Part shown: in pieces, positions 18,283 through 28,619 of the stretch
Layout of the letters: each line of letters starts with the position of its first letter
How positions within the stretch are numbered: the first letter of the stretch is position 1
Assembly (NCBI GenBank): GCA_046754465.1
Contig: JBHHVU010000003.1
Location: 1 to 64,000 of the forward strand
Direction: 5' to 3'
Length of the DNA: 64,000 nt
From: Nitrospinaceae bacterium
GTDB taxonomy: Bacteria > Nitrospinota > Nitrospinia > Nitrospinales > VA-1
Notes under the pieces: generated by a model
Told to the model about the DNA's origin: nothing
Seen by the model: only the letters and a program-made list of their open reading frames with translations
Databases searched by the model: none
Made by a program: the position numbers and the translations under genes

Positions 18283-20058
18283 ATGACTGATTCATTTCAG
18301 AGAACCCATTCCTGCGGCGAATTGTCCGATAAAAACGTCGGTGAGACGGTCACCCTCTGCGGCTGGGTGCACACCCGGCGCGATCACGGCGGCTTGATCT
18401 TCATCGACCTGTGGGACAAGACAGGCATCACCCAGGTCGTGCTGAATCCGCAAATCGACAAGCTTGCCCACCAGCACGCCCAATCCCTGCGGGGAAACTT
18501 CGTCATCGCCGTGCACGGCAAGGTGCGGAACCGTCCGGAAGGCATGGTCAACGCTAAACTCGACACGGGCCAGATCGAAGTTTATGTGGACGACCTGCAG
18601 ATCCTGAATCGCTCCAGGACACCCCCCTTTTCCGCCTGGGAAAATCAAGATGTCTCCGAAGCGCTACGCCTCAAACACCGCTACCTGGACCTTCGGAGTT
18701 CCGACCTGCAGCGGAACCTGAAAATCAGGCATCAAATCACCCGGGTGGCGCGGGAGGTTCTGGATTCCCAGGGGTTCACGGAAGTGGAAACCCCCATGCT
18801 GACAAAGAGCACTCCGGAAGGGGCGCGGGACTACCTGGTGCCCAGCCGGCTGAATCCGCAAAAATTCTACGCCCTGCCCCAGTCGCCGCAATTGTTCAAG
18901 CAAATCCTCATGGTCGCCGGGATGGATCGGTATTACCAAATCGTTAAGTGCTTCCGGGACGAAGACCTGCGCCAGGACCGCCAGCCCGAATTCACCCAGA
19001 TCGATATGGAGATGTCTTTCATCGACGAGCCGCAACTGTTTCGGCTGGTAGAGGAAATGATGGCGAAAATCCATGAAAAGATCCTGGGGATCACCCTCCC
19101 CACCCCGTTTCCCATTCTCAAATACCGGGAGGCGATCGACCGGTTCGGCACCGACAAACCCGACCTGAGGTTCGGTCTGGAACTGGTGGACTTGACCGAA
19201 GTGGTCCGGGGAACCCAATTCAAGGTGTTCGCCCAGGTCCTGGAATCCGGGGGACAGGTCAAGGCCATCAACGCCAAGAACAGCACCGAAATCCTGTCCC
19301 GAAAGACCCTGGACGGCCTCACGGAAGTGGCAAAAACCTATGGCGCCAAGGGAATGGCCTGGATCAAGGTGCAAAAGGAAGAGTTGCAGTCACCGATCAT
19401 CAAATTTTTCGAAAAGGACATGCTCGACCGGCTGCTCTCGACGATGGGCGCGGAACCGGGGGATACCCTGGTATTCATCGCCGACCAACCCAAGGTCGTC
19501 GCCGACGCCCTGGCCCACCTGCGGCTTTCCCTCGGCTCCCTGCTGAAGTTGATCGACGAAAAAAAAATCAACCTGGCCTGGGTGACCGAATTCCCCCTGC
19601 TGGAATACGACGCGGAGGAAAAACGGTACGCCGCCATGCACCATCCCTTCACCGCGCCGATGACCGAGGACCTGGAAAAATTCGACGATCGACCGGATCA
19701 AATCCGCGCCCGGGCATACGATCTGGTATTGAACGGCAACGAAATCGCCGGAGGCAGCATCCGTATCCATCAAAAAGAAGTTCAGGAAAAAATGTTTCAA
19801 CTTCTGGGAATCTCCTCCGGTGAGGCAAACCTCAAATTCGGATTTCTGCTGGACGCCCTGCAATACGGCGCCCCTCCGCACGGCGGCATCGCTTTTGGAT
19901 TGGACCGGATCACCATGCTGCTCACGGGGGCGGACTCCATCCGCGACGTCATCGCTTTCCCCAAAACCCAGAAAGCCACCTGCTTGATGACGCAAGCCCC
20001 CTCGGAAATCGATCTCAAACAGTTGCAAGAACTCAAACTGAAATTCGATTTGTCTTGA
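18283..20058 (+). CDS. aspS: Aspartate--tRNA ligase
   Basis: RTHSCGEL, RRDHGGLIFIDL, STPEGARDYLVPSR, ALPQSPQLFKQ, GAPPHGGIAFGLDR. Confidence 0.98.
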   Translation: MTDSFQRTHSCGELSDKNVGETVTLCGWVHTRRDHGGLIFIDLWDKTGITQVVLNPQIDKLAHQHAQSLRGNFVIAVHGKVRNRPEGMVNAKLDTGQIEVYVDDLQILNRSRTPPFSAWENQDVSEALRLKHRYLDLRSSDLQRNLKIRHQITRVAREVLDSQGFTEVETPMLTKSTPEGARDYLVPSRLNPQKFYALPQSPQLFKQILMVAGMDRYYQIVKCFRDEDLRQDRQPEFTQIDMEMSFIDEPQLFRLVEEMMAKIHEKILGITLPTPFPILKYREAIDRFGTDKPDLRFGLELVDLTEVVRGTQFKVFAQVLESGGQVKAINAKNSTEILSRKTLDGLTEVAKTYGAKGMAWIKVQKEELQSPIIKFFEKDMLDRLLSTMGAEPGDTLVFIADQPKVVADALAHLRLSLGSLLKLIDEKKINLAWVTEFPLLEYDAEEKRYAAMHHPFTAPMTEDLEKFDDRPDQIRARAYDLVLNGNEIAGGSIRIHQKEVQEKMFQLLGISSGEANLKFGFLLDALQYGAPPHGGIAFGLDRITMLLTGADSIRDVIAFPKTQKATCLMTQAPSEIDLKQLQELKLKFDLS

Positions 20059-20082
20059 TTTAGCTTAATGATTTCCTCTTAC

Positions 20083-20972
20083 TCAAGTACGGCTTCGAAG
20101 TAAAAGATGAATCAGCGAAAATAAGCGATAAAAAAGGTAATCAACATGTTCCCCTTTCTTTAAAGGCGTTTTGGAAGTTTCAAAATGACGAATATGAAAA
20201 GCATTCCCAGCCTGTGTAAGAAACAATGCTTCATTTTCTAATAAATTTCGGAATTGGGGTTCCGTTGCCGCGCTATCCAAGAGTTTTCTGGTAGATGACC
20301 TTTTATCTCCTGTTTGACCTTGATAAATGGATTTTAATCGTTCCCAGGCATCCCATAGTTTTTCAAGCGCATCTTTTCGATCATTGGGATTAGGACTCAG
20401 GAATTTTGAACAAGCAATATTAAGCAGATTGTCCAAATCACGATCTCCAGTTTGAATAGTCCTCAATTCTTCTATGGAGTTTTGAAAAGCTTGCGGAACA
20501 ACCCGTTTGATCCTTCCATCCATTCCGAGCTCGAAGACTAGACCGTTCCTGGAAAAAATCCGATTAATATCTTCCCTAAATAACCTTTGTCCTTCCTCTC
20601 GATCAAAATCCAAATGGTAATGCTGGAAAAATAAATGCTCTTGTCCTTGAATGGGCTTGGCGACACAGCGATAACAGAACTCGATTAAATCTAGGATTGA
20701 GAGGATAGCGGGCTGGAAAATATCCCTTCTCGATAGGTTAGTATTTCCAAGACCGGGAATATCCGCCCTTATACGGCATAAAAAGGCGTTCCTATCGGTT
20801 CCGATGGTTCCCGCATTATCAGGGCATGGATCCGGACATTCCATACTCAATGAACCATCATCAATTCGAGAATTTACCAGAGCTAGAATTCCAAACCAAA
20901 CTTTCTGGGTAATTTCTTCATTTCCGGGGGAGGAACACCATTTTCTCGATCACTAAAATAATATTCGTTCAC
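20083..20972 (-). pseudogene. AbiJ-NTD4-like abortive-infection protein with a 5' frameshift
   Basis: GTG at 20972 (SD GAGGTG) gives MNEYYFSDRENGVPP; after a shift at the C-run (~20926-20932) it continues NEEITQKVWFGILALVNSRIDDGS into ORF 20083-20850 (ALEKLWDAWERLKS, GNAFHIRHFE). AT-rich. Confidence 0.7.
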
Positions 20973-21089
20973 AAACACCTCATGTTTATTAAAACCCTTA
21001 AAATAATGCTCTTGGAATATTTTAACTCAGAGAATTGCAATCAAGGATGAGTAATGCTACATTGAAGCCTTCCATGGAGGGTTAACACC

Positions 21090-21285
21090 TTGAATAAAAA
21101 AAGAATTACTTTTAAACGAAATTGAAGGCGTTTCCGAGCCCATTCTGGATGAGCTGATCGACTTTGTTCAATTTCTGAAAAGCAAAAAATCCCAGGAAAA
21201 AATGCATCTCTCGATTGCCAGTGAATCATCTCTAAAAAAAGACTGGCTGAAACCTGAAGAAGACGAGGCATGGCAAAATTTGTAA
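21090..21285 (+). pseudogene. DUF2281-like antitoxin with a +1 frameshift in an A7 tract
   Basis: SD GGAGG, then TTG AAT AAAAAAA GAA TTA. Removing one A gives MNKKELLLNEIEGVSEPILDELIDFVQFLKSK...SESSLKKDWLKPEEDEAWQNL, overlapping the toxin start. Confidence 0.75.
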
Positions 21286-21602
21286 AAGGGGATGTTGTCA
21301 TCGTTCCTTTTCCCTTCTCGGATTTAAGTCAATCCAAACGCCGTCCCGCACTGGTTATCGCCGATTTAGACGGCGATGATTTGATTCTTCGCCAAATCAC
21401 GAGCCAGGCAAACAAAGACCAAAACACCATTTCCATTGCCGATAACGATTATGAATCCGGGGGTTTGAAACAGATTAGCAACGTCCGTCCAAATCGTTTA
21501 TTCACCATGGACAGCAAAATTGTTTTGTATCGGGCGGGTAAGCTCCGGAAAGGAAAAATGAACGATATCATTGGTAAGCTTATTGAAATAATAAACAGCT
21601 GA
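21270..21602 (+). CDS. PemK/MazF-family toxin
   Basis: KGDVVIVPFPFSDLSQSKRRPALVI...QITS...SNVRPNRLFT. Confidence 0.92.
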   Translation: MAKFVKGDVVIVPFPFSDLSQSKRRPALVIADLDGDDLILRQITSQANKDQNTISIADNDYESGGLKQISNVRPNRLFTMDSKIVLYRAGKLRKGKMNDIIGKLIEIINS

Positions 21603-21729
21603 TCTACAAAGCCGATAGGACTTGACAGTTTTTCCCTGGGCCCGGAGAATACACACAGTTTTCTGAAACTTCATGAAGAGGAGTCCATCCTCTTATCCCC
21701 TTTCTTCCTTTTAATTTAAGGGCCTTGCC

Positions 21730-22806
21730 ATGTCCTGGGACGGTTTTCGCGAGTTCAAAATTCTATCCAAAATCCCTGAAGCGGAAAACATTTTTTCATT
21801 TTACCTTTCCCCGGTGGATGGGGCTCCCTTGCCCGGCTTCCTTCCCGGCCAGTATCTGACTTTCCAGCTAAAAATTCCGGGCAGGGACAAACCGGTGATC
21901 CGGTGCTACTCCCTTTCCGACGCTCCCTCGCACGCGGACCGTTACCGGGTAACCATCAAGAAAATTTTGCCGCCGCGGAACCAGCCCCAGGCTTCTCCGG
22001 GATTGGTTTCGTCCTATTTTACCGACCAACTGAGGGAAAACGATGTCGTCACGGCGAAAGCCCCCTCCGGGGTGTTTTACCTGGACCCCAAAGGGGAAAA
22101 CCCGGTGGTCCTCCTCGCCGGGGGCATCGGCATGACGCCGCTCCTGAGTATGTTGAACGCCGTGGTGGATTCCGGGTCCAAACGCGAGGTCTGGTTTTTG
22201 CTGGGAGTGCGCAACGGCAGGGAACATCCCATGAAAGAGCACCTGGAACGGGTCGCGGCGGAAAACGAGAACATCCACCTGCGGGTCATCTACAGCCGGC
22301 CCACACCGGAGGATACCCAGGGCCGAGATTTTCATCACCAGGGTCATGTGAATGGAGACCTGCTCAAACGGGTCCTGCCGTCGAAGGATTTCGATTTTTA
22401 TTTATGCGGTCCGGACGCGATGATGAAGAGCTTGCGACAGGACCTGAGGGAATGGGGAGTCCCGGACAACAGGGTTTTTTATGAATTGTTTGGTCCTACC
22501 CCGCCGGTATCCCAAACCCCCGCCGGCGTCAAACCCGCGGACCGTAAAAAAACCCTGGCGGTCACTTTCGCCCAATCCGGTAAAACCGTGGAGTGGGACG
22601 GATCGGCGGATTCCCTCCTCGAATTCGCCGAGGACCATGGTGTCATCATCGATTTTGGGTGCCGGTCGGGGAACTGCGGGACGTGCAGCACCCGCGTCCT
22701 TTCCGGGGAAGTCGAATATACCGAGAAACCCGAAGCGAAGATCGAAGACGGTCATTGCCTGACCTGCAGCTCAACCCCCAAAACCGATCTCGTCCTGGAC
22801 GCTTAA
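21730..22806 (+). CDS. FAD/NAD(P)-binding oxidoreductase with C-terminal [2Fe-2S] domain
   Basis: PGQY, RCYSLS, GLVS, AGGIGMTP, YLCGP, CRSGNCGTC...C. Confidence 0.93.
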   Translation: MSWDGFREFKILSKIPEAENIFSFYLSPVDGAPLPGFLPGQYLTFQLKIPGRDKPVIRCYSLSDAPSHADRYRVTIKKILPPRNQPQASPGLVSSYFTDQLRENDVVTAKAPSGVFYLDPKGENPVVLLAGGIGMTPLLSMLNAVVDSGSKREVWFLLGVRNGREHPMKEHLERVAAENENIHLRVIYSRPTPEDTQGRDFHHQGHVNGDLLKRVLPSKDFDFYLCGPDAMMKSLRQDLREWGVPDNRVFYELFGPTPPVSQTPAGVKPADRKKTLAVTFAQSGKTVEWDGSADSLLEFAEDHGVIIDFGCRSGNCGTCSTRVLSGEVEYTEKPEAKIEDGHCLTCSSTPKTDLVLDA

Positions 22807-23089
22807 AGCGATCCGGACAATACGATCCAGATCACAATTTTTTGTGACCTGTCTGATTTGCATTTGAACCTGGTCCGGTAAAATAAATACTGGATTTACA
22901 AATGCAAAGGTTCACGACGAAATATTACGGATGCCGGTTTAAGCCGTTTACGGCTCGAGTTGGCCATCCAAGTAGGGAAGGGAAAACCTGCAGGGAATTA
23001 AAGTAAAAAACGAACAAGGAAACAGGGAGAGAATTCTCCTTTATCATTCTGAAAACCTCCGCCAGTACCCACAAACTTCCGGCGAAGGG

Positions 23090-23122
23090 AAAAGGGGCGG
23101 TCCGAAAGGGTGCCCCTTTTTT
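23090..23122. terminator. Intrinsic terminator downstream of rnpB, possibly bidirectional
   Basis: aaaaggggc...gccccttttt inverted repeat with A/T tails. Confidence 0.7.
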
Positions 23123-23132
23123 CTTGGGGCGG

Positions 23133-23520
23133 GCCGAAGCAAACCATAAGCCGGGTTCTGTACTCCATCCAGGATGGAGGGGGAGTCATCAATCTAGGCC
23201 TGACGTTGCCGGCAGGCTCAAGCGATCAACCCGAAAGTATCGGACGGGCCGCCCTCAAACACTTTCCTATTCGATCTTGCTCCGGATAGGGTTTACCAAG
23301 CTACCGCCGTCACCGGCGGTACTGGTGAGCTCTTACCTCACCTTTTCACCTTTACCGCCGGCGAAGAGAGACCCTTCGCCGGGTAGGCCGTGTGTTTTCT
23401 GTGGCACTTTCCTTAAGGTTACCCTCACTCCGCGTTACGGAGTATCCTGCCCTGTGGAGCCCGGACTTTCCTCTCTCCCCGCCGTCAAGCGGGGACAGCG
23501 ACCCCCTGGTTTACTTCGGC
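23133..23520 (-). ncRNA. rnpB: RNase P RNA, bacterial type A
   Basis: Minus strand carries GAGGAAAGTCCGGGCTCC and ACAGAACCCGGCTTA; ends pair as P1 (GCCGAAGTAAACC / GGTTTGCTTCGGC). Confidence 0.96.
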
Positions 23521-24245
23521 ACCGCAGTCTCGCTTTCCGTTTCTTTTTCCCAGTAGAGGAACCGCAGGCAATGCTGGCACTGATGGATCTTCTCGCTGAT
23601 TTTGATGTCGATCACCATCTGTGGAAGGACCTGCTGAAAACATCCCTGGCACACCCCCTCTTTTAAGGGTACCACGGCCCGGCCGTCCCGGACCTGAAAG
23701 ACTTTTTCATAATCCCGGATCCATTTGGGGTCCAGGACATTCACCAGCTCCCTGCGTTTGGCCTCGGCCGTGTCCAGGTCTTTTTTTACGCGTTCCGCCT
23801 CCCCTTCTTTCTTGGCTTGGTATTGCTTGAACTGATTTTCCTCCTCCCGGCACTCTTTTTCCAAACCGGGAATTTCTTTTTCCTTTTCCTCGAGGGTTTC
23901 CATGATTTCCAGTTCGCGGTCTTCAAAACCGGAAATTTTTTCTTTAATCGCGTTGATCTCGGTGAGAATCGCGCTGTACTCCCTGTTAGTTTTGACGGTG
24001 GGCAGCTTCACCTTGGCCTTGGCCATGTGGTCGGTTTCGCCCTGGATGTCCAATTCCAGCTGATTCCTCTTCTTCTTCAGGGATTCAATGGTCTGTTGGA
24101 GCGCCTCGAGTTGTTTCTTATGCTCCTGCATGGTCGATCGTACGGATTCAATCTGGCCGGGAATAGCAGCGATGGCATCTTTATATTCGGCGATTTCAAA
24201 ATCGATCTTCTGGAGAGCAATCAGGTTTTTCAGTTGGTCAATCAT
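23511..24245 (-). CDS. Coiled-coil protein with C4 zinc ribbon (DUF164/CdsZ/HP0958-like)
   Basis: LIALQKID, long coiled coil, TNREY, CQGC...CQHCLRFLY. Confidence 0.9.
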   Translation of the reverse strand: MIDQLKNLIALQKIDFEIAEYKDAIAAIPGQIESVRSTMQEHKKQLEALQQTIESLKKKRNQLELDIQGETDHMAKAKVKLPTVKTNREYSAILTEINAIKEKISGFEDRELEIMETLEEKEKEIPGLEKECREEENQFKQYQAKKEGEAERVKKDLDTAEAKRRELVNVLDPKWIRDYEKVFQVRDGRAVVPLKEGVCQGCFQQVLPQMVIDIKISEKIHQCQHCLRFLYWEKETESETAVPK

Positions 24246-24432
24246 TGAAAGACCCCGTTTTTGGAGTAGATCGGACACCCCTGTGGATTATATGAATTTG
24301 AGATTCAAAGAGTTGTTGGAAACTGTAACATGGGGGTCGAGAGAAATGCAAATATATAAGGGTTTCTTGCCTGGCGCGGATCCAATCCTTAGCGAATGGT
24401 GCGAGGCGGATGGAAAAGGAGTGGGGGCCAGG

Positions 24433-25341
24433 TCAGGCGGTTTTCCGGGCCCGGGACCTCTCTTCCCAAAAAAGAAGGAAAACGCTGCCGATAAAAATGG
24501 AGGAATAGGTTCCGATCAAAATACCCAGCAGCAGGGCAAAGGAGAAATCGTGAATGATTTCCCCGCCCAGGAAAAAGAGGGCCGTGACCACTAAAAGGGT
24601 GGTGCCGGAGGTCAAAAGGGTCCGGCTCAGGGTCTGGTTAATACTGGTATTGATGATATCCCGCAACGACGTTTTTCCCCTTCGGCGCAGGTTTTCGCGG
24701 ATTCGGTCGAAGACGACGATGGTGTCGTTGAGGGAATACCCGATGATGGTTAAAAACGCCGCCACGATCACGAGGGTGAACTCCTTGTCCAAAAGGGAAA
24801 AGGCGCCCATGGTGATCAAGACATCATGGATCAGCGCGATGATGGCCGCGAGGGCGTATTGAAATTCGAATCGCCATGAGATGTAGATAACGATCCCTAT
24901 GATGGCGTAAATGATGGACAGGAGGGCCTTCTCCCGCAAATCCCGGCCCACTTTGGGTCCGACCATCTCCACCCGTTCCACGATAATATCGTTGACGTTG
25001 AATCTATTTTTTAAGCTGGCCTTGATCTGCGAGCCCACCTCCTCCAGCTTTTCCTTGGACCGCTGCACCCGGATCAGGATATCCTTCTTGGACCCGAATT
25101 CCTGGATCGTGCTTTCACCCAGACCGATGGTTTTTAATCCGGCGCGGATATCGTCGATATTTGGAGGGGTTTTGAACTGTAACTGAACCAGGGTGCCGCC
25201 GGCGAAATCGATACCGAATTTCAAGCCGCCGTGCAGGAGGATGGAAATCAGCCCGATGAGGATGAGGATTCCGGAAAAGCCCAGGGCGGACCGGAATTTC
25301 CCCATGAAATCAAAATCGGTTTGCCGTTTGAAAATTTCCAT
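24433..25341 (-). CDS. secF: Protein translocase subunit SecF
   Basis: GIDFAGGT, VGPKVG, GYSLNDTIVVFDRIRE, SRTLLTS. Confidence 0.97.
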   Translation of the reverse strand: MEIFKRQTDFDFMGKFRSALGFSGILILIGLISILLHGGLKFGIDFAGGTLVQLQFKTPPNIDDIRAGLKTIGLGESTIQEFGSKKDILIRVQRSKEKLEEVGSQIKASLKNRFNVNDIIVERVEMVGPKVGRDLREKALLSIIYAIIGIVIYISWRFEFQYALAAIIALIHDVLITMGAFSLLDKEFTLVIVAAFLTIIGYSLNDTIVVFDRIRENLRRRGKTSLRDIINTSINQTLSRTLLTSGTTLLVVTALFFLGGEIIHDFSFALLLGILIGTYSSIFIGSVFLLFWEERSRARKTA

Positions 25342-25396
25342 GAATTTAAACTCAGATCCTAGAAATCATGTGGAACAGGATTGCTTGCATCGCGGA

Positions 25397-26950
25397 TCAA
25401 ATGCTAAGCCGTGATAATTTTTTCCGGCTCATCGCGGAATCAAAAATGGTGCGGCTTACAAAAACGGCGGTATACATGCTTGCAGCGATACCAATACAAA
25501 GGGTGATGGCGAATCCCTTGATGGGTCCAGTCCCGAACTGAAACAGGACCACCGCGGCAATGAAGGTGGTGATATTGGCGTCCACAATGGTTCGAAACGC
25601 CTTAGCGAATCCGGCTTCGATAGCGGCCCGCACGGTTTTTCCTATCCGCAATTCCTCCCGAATGCGCTCAAAAATGAGCACATTCGCGTCGATGGCCATT
25701 CCCACGGTCAGGATAATTCCCGCGATTCCAGGCAGGGTGAGCGCGGCGCCGAAATAGGCCAGCGCCCCCACCAGCATCACAATGTTCAAAAACAGGGCGA
25801 GCACCGCCACCATTCCCGAAAGACGATAATAAATTACGATAAACGCAATCACAAGAATGCCGCCCAGGATAATGGAACTAATGCCTTTTTCGATCGAGTC
25901 TTTGCCCAGGGAGGGTCCCACCGTCCGGTTCTCCAGGATGATGACCGGCGCGGGAAGGGCGCCGGCGCGTAAAACGATGGCCAGGTCGCGGGCTTCCTCA
26001 GTGGAAAACCGGCCCGTAATCTGTGCGCGCCCGCCGGCGATTTCGTCCTGGATGACCGGTGCCGAATAGACATTGTCATCGAGAATGATCGCTAGGCGCT
26101 TCTTTATATTTTCCCGCGTGATCTGCTGAAAAATCATCGCTCCCAGACTGTTGAAGGAGATGGCGACGTAAGGTTCATTGTATTGGGAATCGTAACGCAC
26201 TTCGGCGCTGGTGAGGGTCTCGCCCGTCAACACCGTGCGTTTCTTCAACAGAAAAGGTTTTTTGGTGACCTCTCCCGTCTCTTTATTTTCAGTCCGCTGG
26301 TAGAGAATCACATCGTCCTCGGGAACATTGCCCCGGATGGCCTCCTGGACACCGCGCTCCTCGTCCACCAGTTTGAACTCCAGACGCGCGGTTTTTCCTA
26401 TGAGATTGATGGCCCGCTTGGGATCCTTCACCCCCGGCAACTGCACCAGGATCCTTCTTTCCCCCTGAATCTGGATGGTGGGCTCGGAAACGCCAAACTG
26501 GTCCACGCGGTTGCGGATGGTTTCCAACCCTTGATTGACGGCATTCTGTTCGATCTGCTTCGTCTGGCTCTCCGTCAACCGGTACCGCAACACCAGTTCG
26601 TCTCTGGGCCCCTCCTGTTTTTCAAGAAAAGGGTATCCTTGCAAAATGGTTTCGATCTGGGGCCGGTCCAGTTTATCCACCAGCCGGATGCGGATGCTAA
26701 GATCGTCAAAATTCGCGGAAACCTTGTCGGCCTCGAGGTCCTCGTTCTGGATGTCGCGTTTGATATCGTCCACCAGCCGTTCCAGGCTGGCCTCGACCGC
26801 TTTTTCCACCTGGACTTCCAGGACAAGATGCATGCCGCCCTGGAGATCGAGTCCGAGGGCGATTTTCTCCTTCAACGGATAGCCCAGAAATACCGCTCCG
26901 GCGATGGTCAGCAGAATCAGGGGAATTTTCCATTTGAGGTCACTGTACAT
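25397..26950 (-). CDS. secD: Protein translocase subunit SecD
   Basis: LGLDLQGG, RVDQFGVSEP, LRAGALPAP, GMAIDANVLIFERIREE. Confidence 0.97.
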   Translation of the reverse strand: MYSDLKWKIPLILLTIAGAVFLGYPLKEKIALGLDLQGGMHLVLEVQVEKAVEASLERLVDDIKRDIQNEDLEADKVSANFDDLSIRIRLVDKLDRPQIETILQGYPFLEKQEGPRDELVLRYRLTESQTKQIEQNAVNQGLETIRNRVDQFGVSEPTIQIQGERRILVQLPGVKDPKRAINLIGKTARLEFKLVDEERGVQEAIRGNVPEDDVILYQRTENKETGEVTKKPFLLKKRTVLTGETLTSAEVRYDSQYNEPYVAISFNSLGAMIFQQITRENIKKRLAIILDDNVYSAPVIQDEIAGGRAQITGRFSTEEARDLAIVLRAGALPAPVIILENRTVGPSLGKDSIEKGISSIILGGILVIAFIVIYYRLSGMVAVLALFLNIVMLVGALAYFGAALTLPGIAGIILTVGMAIDANVLIFERIREELRIGKTVRAAIEAGFAKAFRTIVDANITTFIAAVVLFQFGTGPIKGFAITLCIGIAASMYTAVFVSRTIFDSAMSRKKLSRLSI

Positions 26951-26955
26951 CGGGG

Positions 26956-27279
26956 TTACTTGCCTTCACTTTTCATGGTTGCGATGGAAGACCTGTTGAT
27001 TTTGATCCTCACGTTGTCCGCGATCTGCAGCATGACGATGTCATCCTTGATTTTCTTGATGGTGCCGTGGATACCGCTGAGGGTGACCACAGGGTCCCCC
27101 TCTTTCAAGTTATCCAGCATTTTCCGGGTTTCGGCCTGTTTTTTTTGTTGGGGACGGATCAGGATGAAATAAAAAATGGCAAACATCATGATCATCGGCG
27201 GCAGAAGGGCTAACAATCCTCCCCCGCCGCCTTCCCCGCCATCCGGCGGCGGCGCCATGGCAAACGCTAAATCAAGCAT
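26956..27279 (-). CDS. yajC: Preprotein translocase subunit YajC
   Basis: FYFILIRPQQKK, GDPVVTLSGIHG; directly upstream of secD. Start set at ATG 27279. Confidence 0.95.
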   Translation of the reverse strand: MLDLAFAMAPPPDGGEGGGGGLLALLPPMIMMFAIFYFILIRPQQKKQAETRKMLDNLKEGDPVVTLSGIHGTIKKIKDDIVMLQIADNVRIKINRSSIATMKSEGK

Positions 27280-27699
27280 AAATTGTTGTCTCGTTTTGGT
27301 TGCATCGGTTTGGGATCGTGGTTTCTGGAAAACCCATCCCCATTCAGGCCACTCATTTCCCGGCCCTCCCGGCCGGCAAGGGCTTTCACCCAATGACCCC
27401 GGTTAATTGGGTGGAGCGAATTCCGGTCTCGTTCTCCACCCGGGTTGTACGGCGGGCTGGCTTTATGACCGATCCGGCCATCGACGGACAGGAAATCCCT
27501 ATTTTACATGATTTCAAAAGGTTATCAAGTACCCTGCGCAAAACAATCCAAAACAGTGCAGGGAGTCCGCTTCTACCAAATCCCAAAAACATTGTCAAAT
27601 CCAAACCCGCCCGGGAAGGTTCCGCCGACACATCCCACCCGCGTGCCGACGCAAAATAAAACACCGGGTGCCTTTTTTCCAGGGTTTTGTGCGAAGGGA

Positions 27700-28263
27700 T
27701 CAATAAAATTTCTGGGTGAGGTTGGCCTCGTTGGTGAGCTTGCGATACAGCTTGTGAAATTCCTCGGTGGTCAAGCCCGGATCCTTGAGGGCTTCCAACT
27801 CCTCCGGAGAAATGGGAACCTGCGACTTTTCATCCCAGGCGGAGGTGGCAATCGCCACGTAATGGGGAGGATTGAGGGCCTGTATGATCAGCATATCCAC
27901 CTTGTCGTTGTATTTCTTCGCGAGGCCGATCACCATGCGGGCGTCCTGGGCACTCACACCGCTCCCGATGGCGACATTGGTCGGAGGATGACCTCCTTTC
28001 GGTCTCCAGTACTGGATGGTGTTGCGAAGCACTTTGATGGATTTGGATTTTAAATAACCACGCAATTCCATGTTGTGCTTTTTCTGATTGTGTGCCAGCC
28101 AGATTTCTATGGTGCAAATCGTGGATTTCGAAAGATCACAGCCTGAAGAGGGCCGTTTCGCGGTTCCGGAAAAGACCGGCGGCAGGAAAGTTCCGGAGAA
28201 AATAAAAACCGCCAACAAACAATAAACAATTTTTTTCATGGGACGACGGGGAACAGGGTTCAT
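27700..28263 (-). CDS. Hypothetical exported protein
   Basis: Signal peptide MKKIVYCLLAVFIFSG...; 187-aa ORF. Confidence 0.75.
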   Translation of the reverse strand: MNPVPRRPMKKIVYCLLAVFIFSGTFLPPVFSGTAKRPSSGCDLSKSTICTIEIWLAHNQKKHNMELRGYLKSKSIKVLRNTIQYWRPKGGHPPTNVAIGSGVSAQDARMVIGLAKKYNDKVDMLIIQALNPPHYVAIATSAWDEKSQVPISPEELEALKDPGLTTEEFHKLYRKLTNEANLTQKFY

Positions 28264-28545
28264 GGTTTTCGTTTTCGTTATTTTAGACGATGTCTGGGTC
28301 TTGTCAACCCCGGCCGGACAAATCGGTTAAACTCCCCGCGAGAAGTCCCGTGCGTCCTTACCTTAGGGTTGGCGCGGCGATGGGCCCGGCCTATGCCGAT
28401 TGAGATAAACCCCCTCCTGTTTTTGGAAAGGGGGGGGGACCAAAAATGGTATCCATTCCCCTGAAGAACAGTCTGCCTTTACCGTCCACAGAGGCCCAAA
28501 GAGACGGTTTGTTCACTTTTTCAGCAAGTTATTGGATAACATCTC

Positions 28546-28572
28546 TAAAGATTTTGATTTTTTTGCCGTTAA
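28546..28572 (+). promoter_or_regulatory. sigma28 (FliA) promoter
   Basis: TAAA-N15-GCCGTTAA, one mismatch to TAAA-N15-GCCGATAA. Confidence 0.7.
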
Positions 28573-28619
28573 GAAGATATGTATGGTTTTAATCTCTCAC
28601 CCTCCAAGGAAGTTTTTCC

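Noticed and set aside
23124..23666. 180-aa ORF
   Set aside because: Spurious antisense translation of rnpB.
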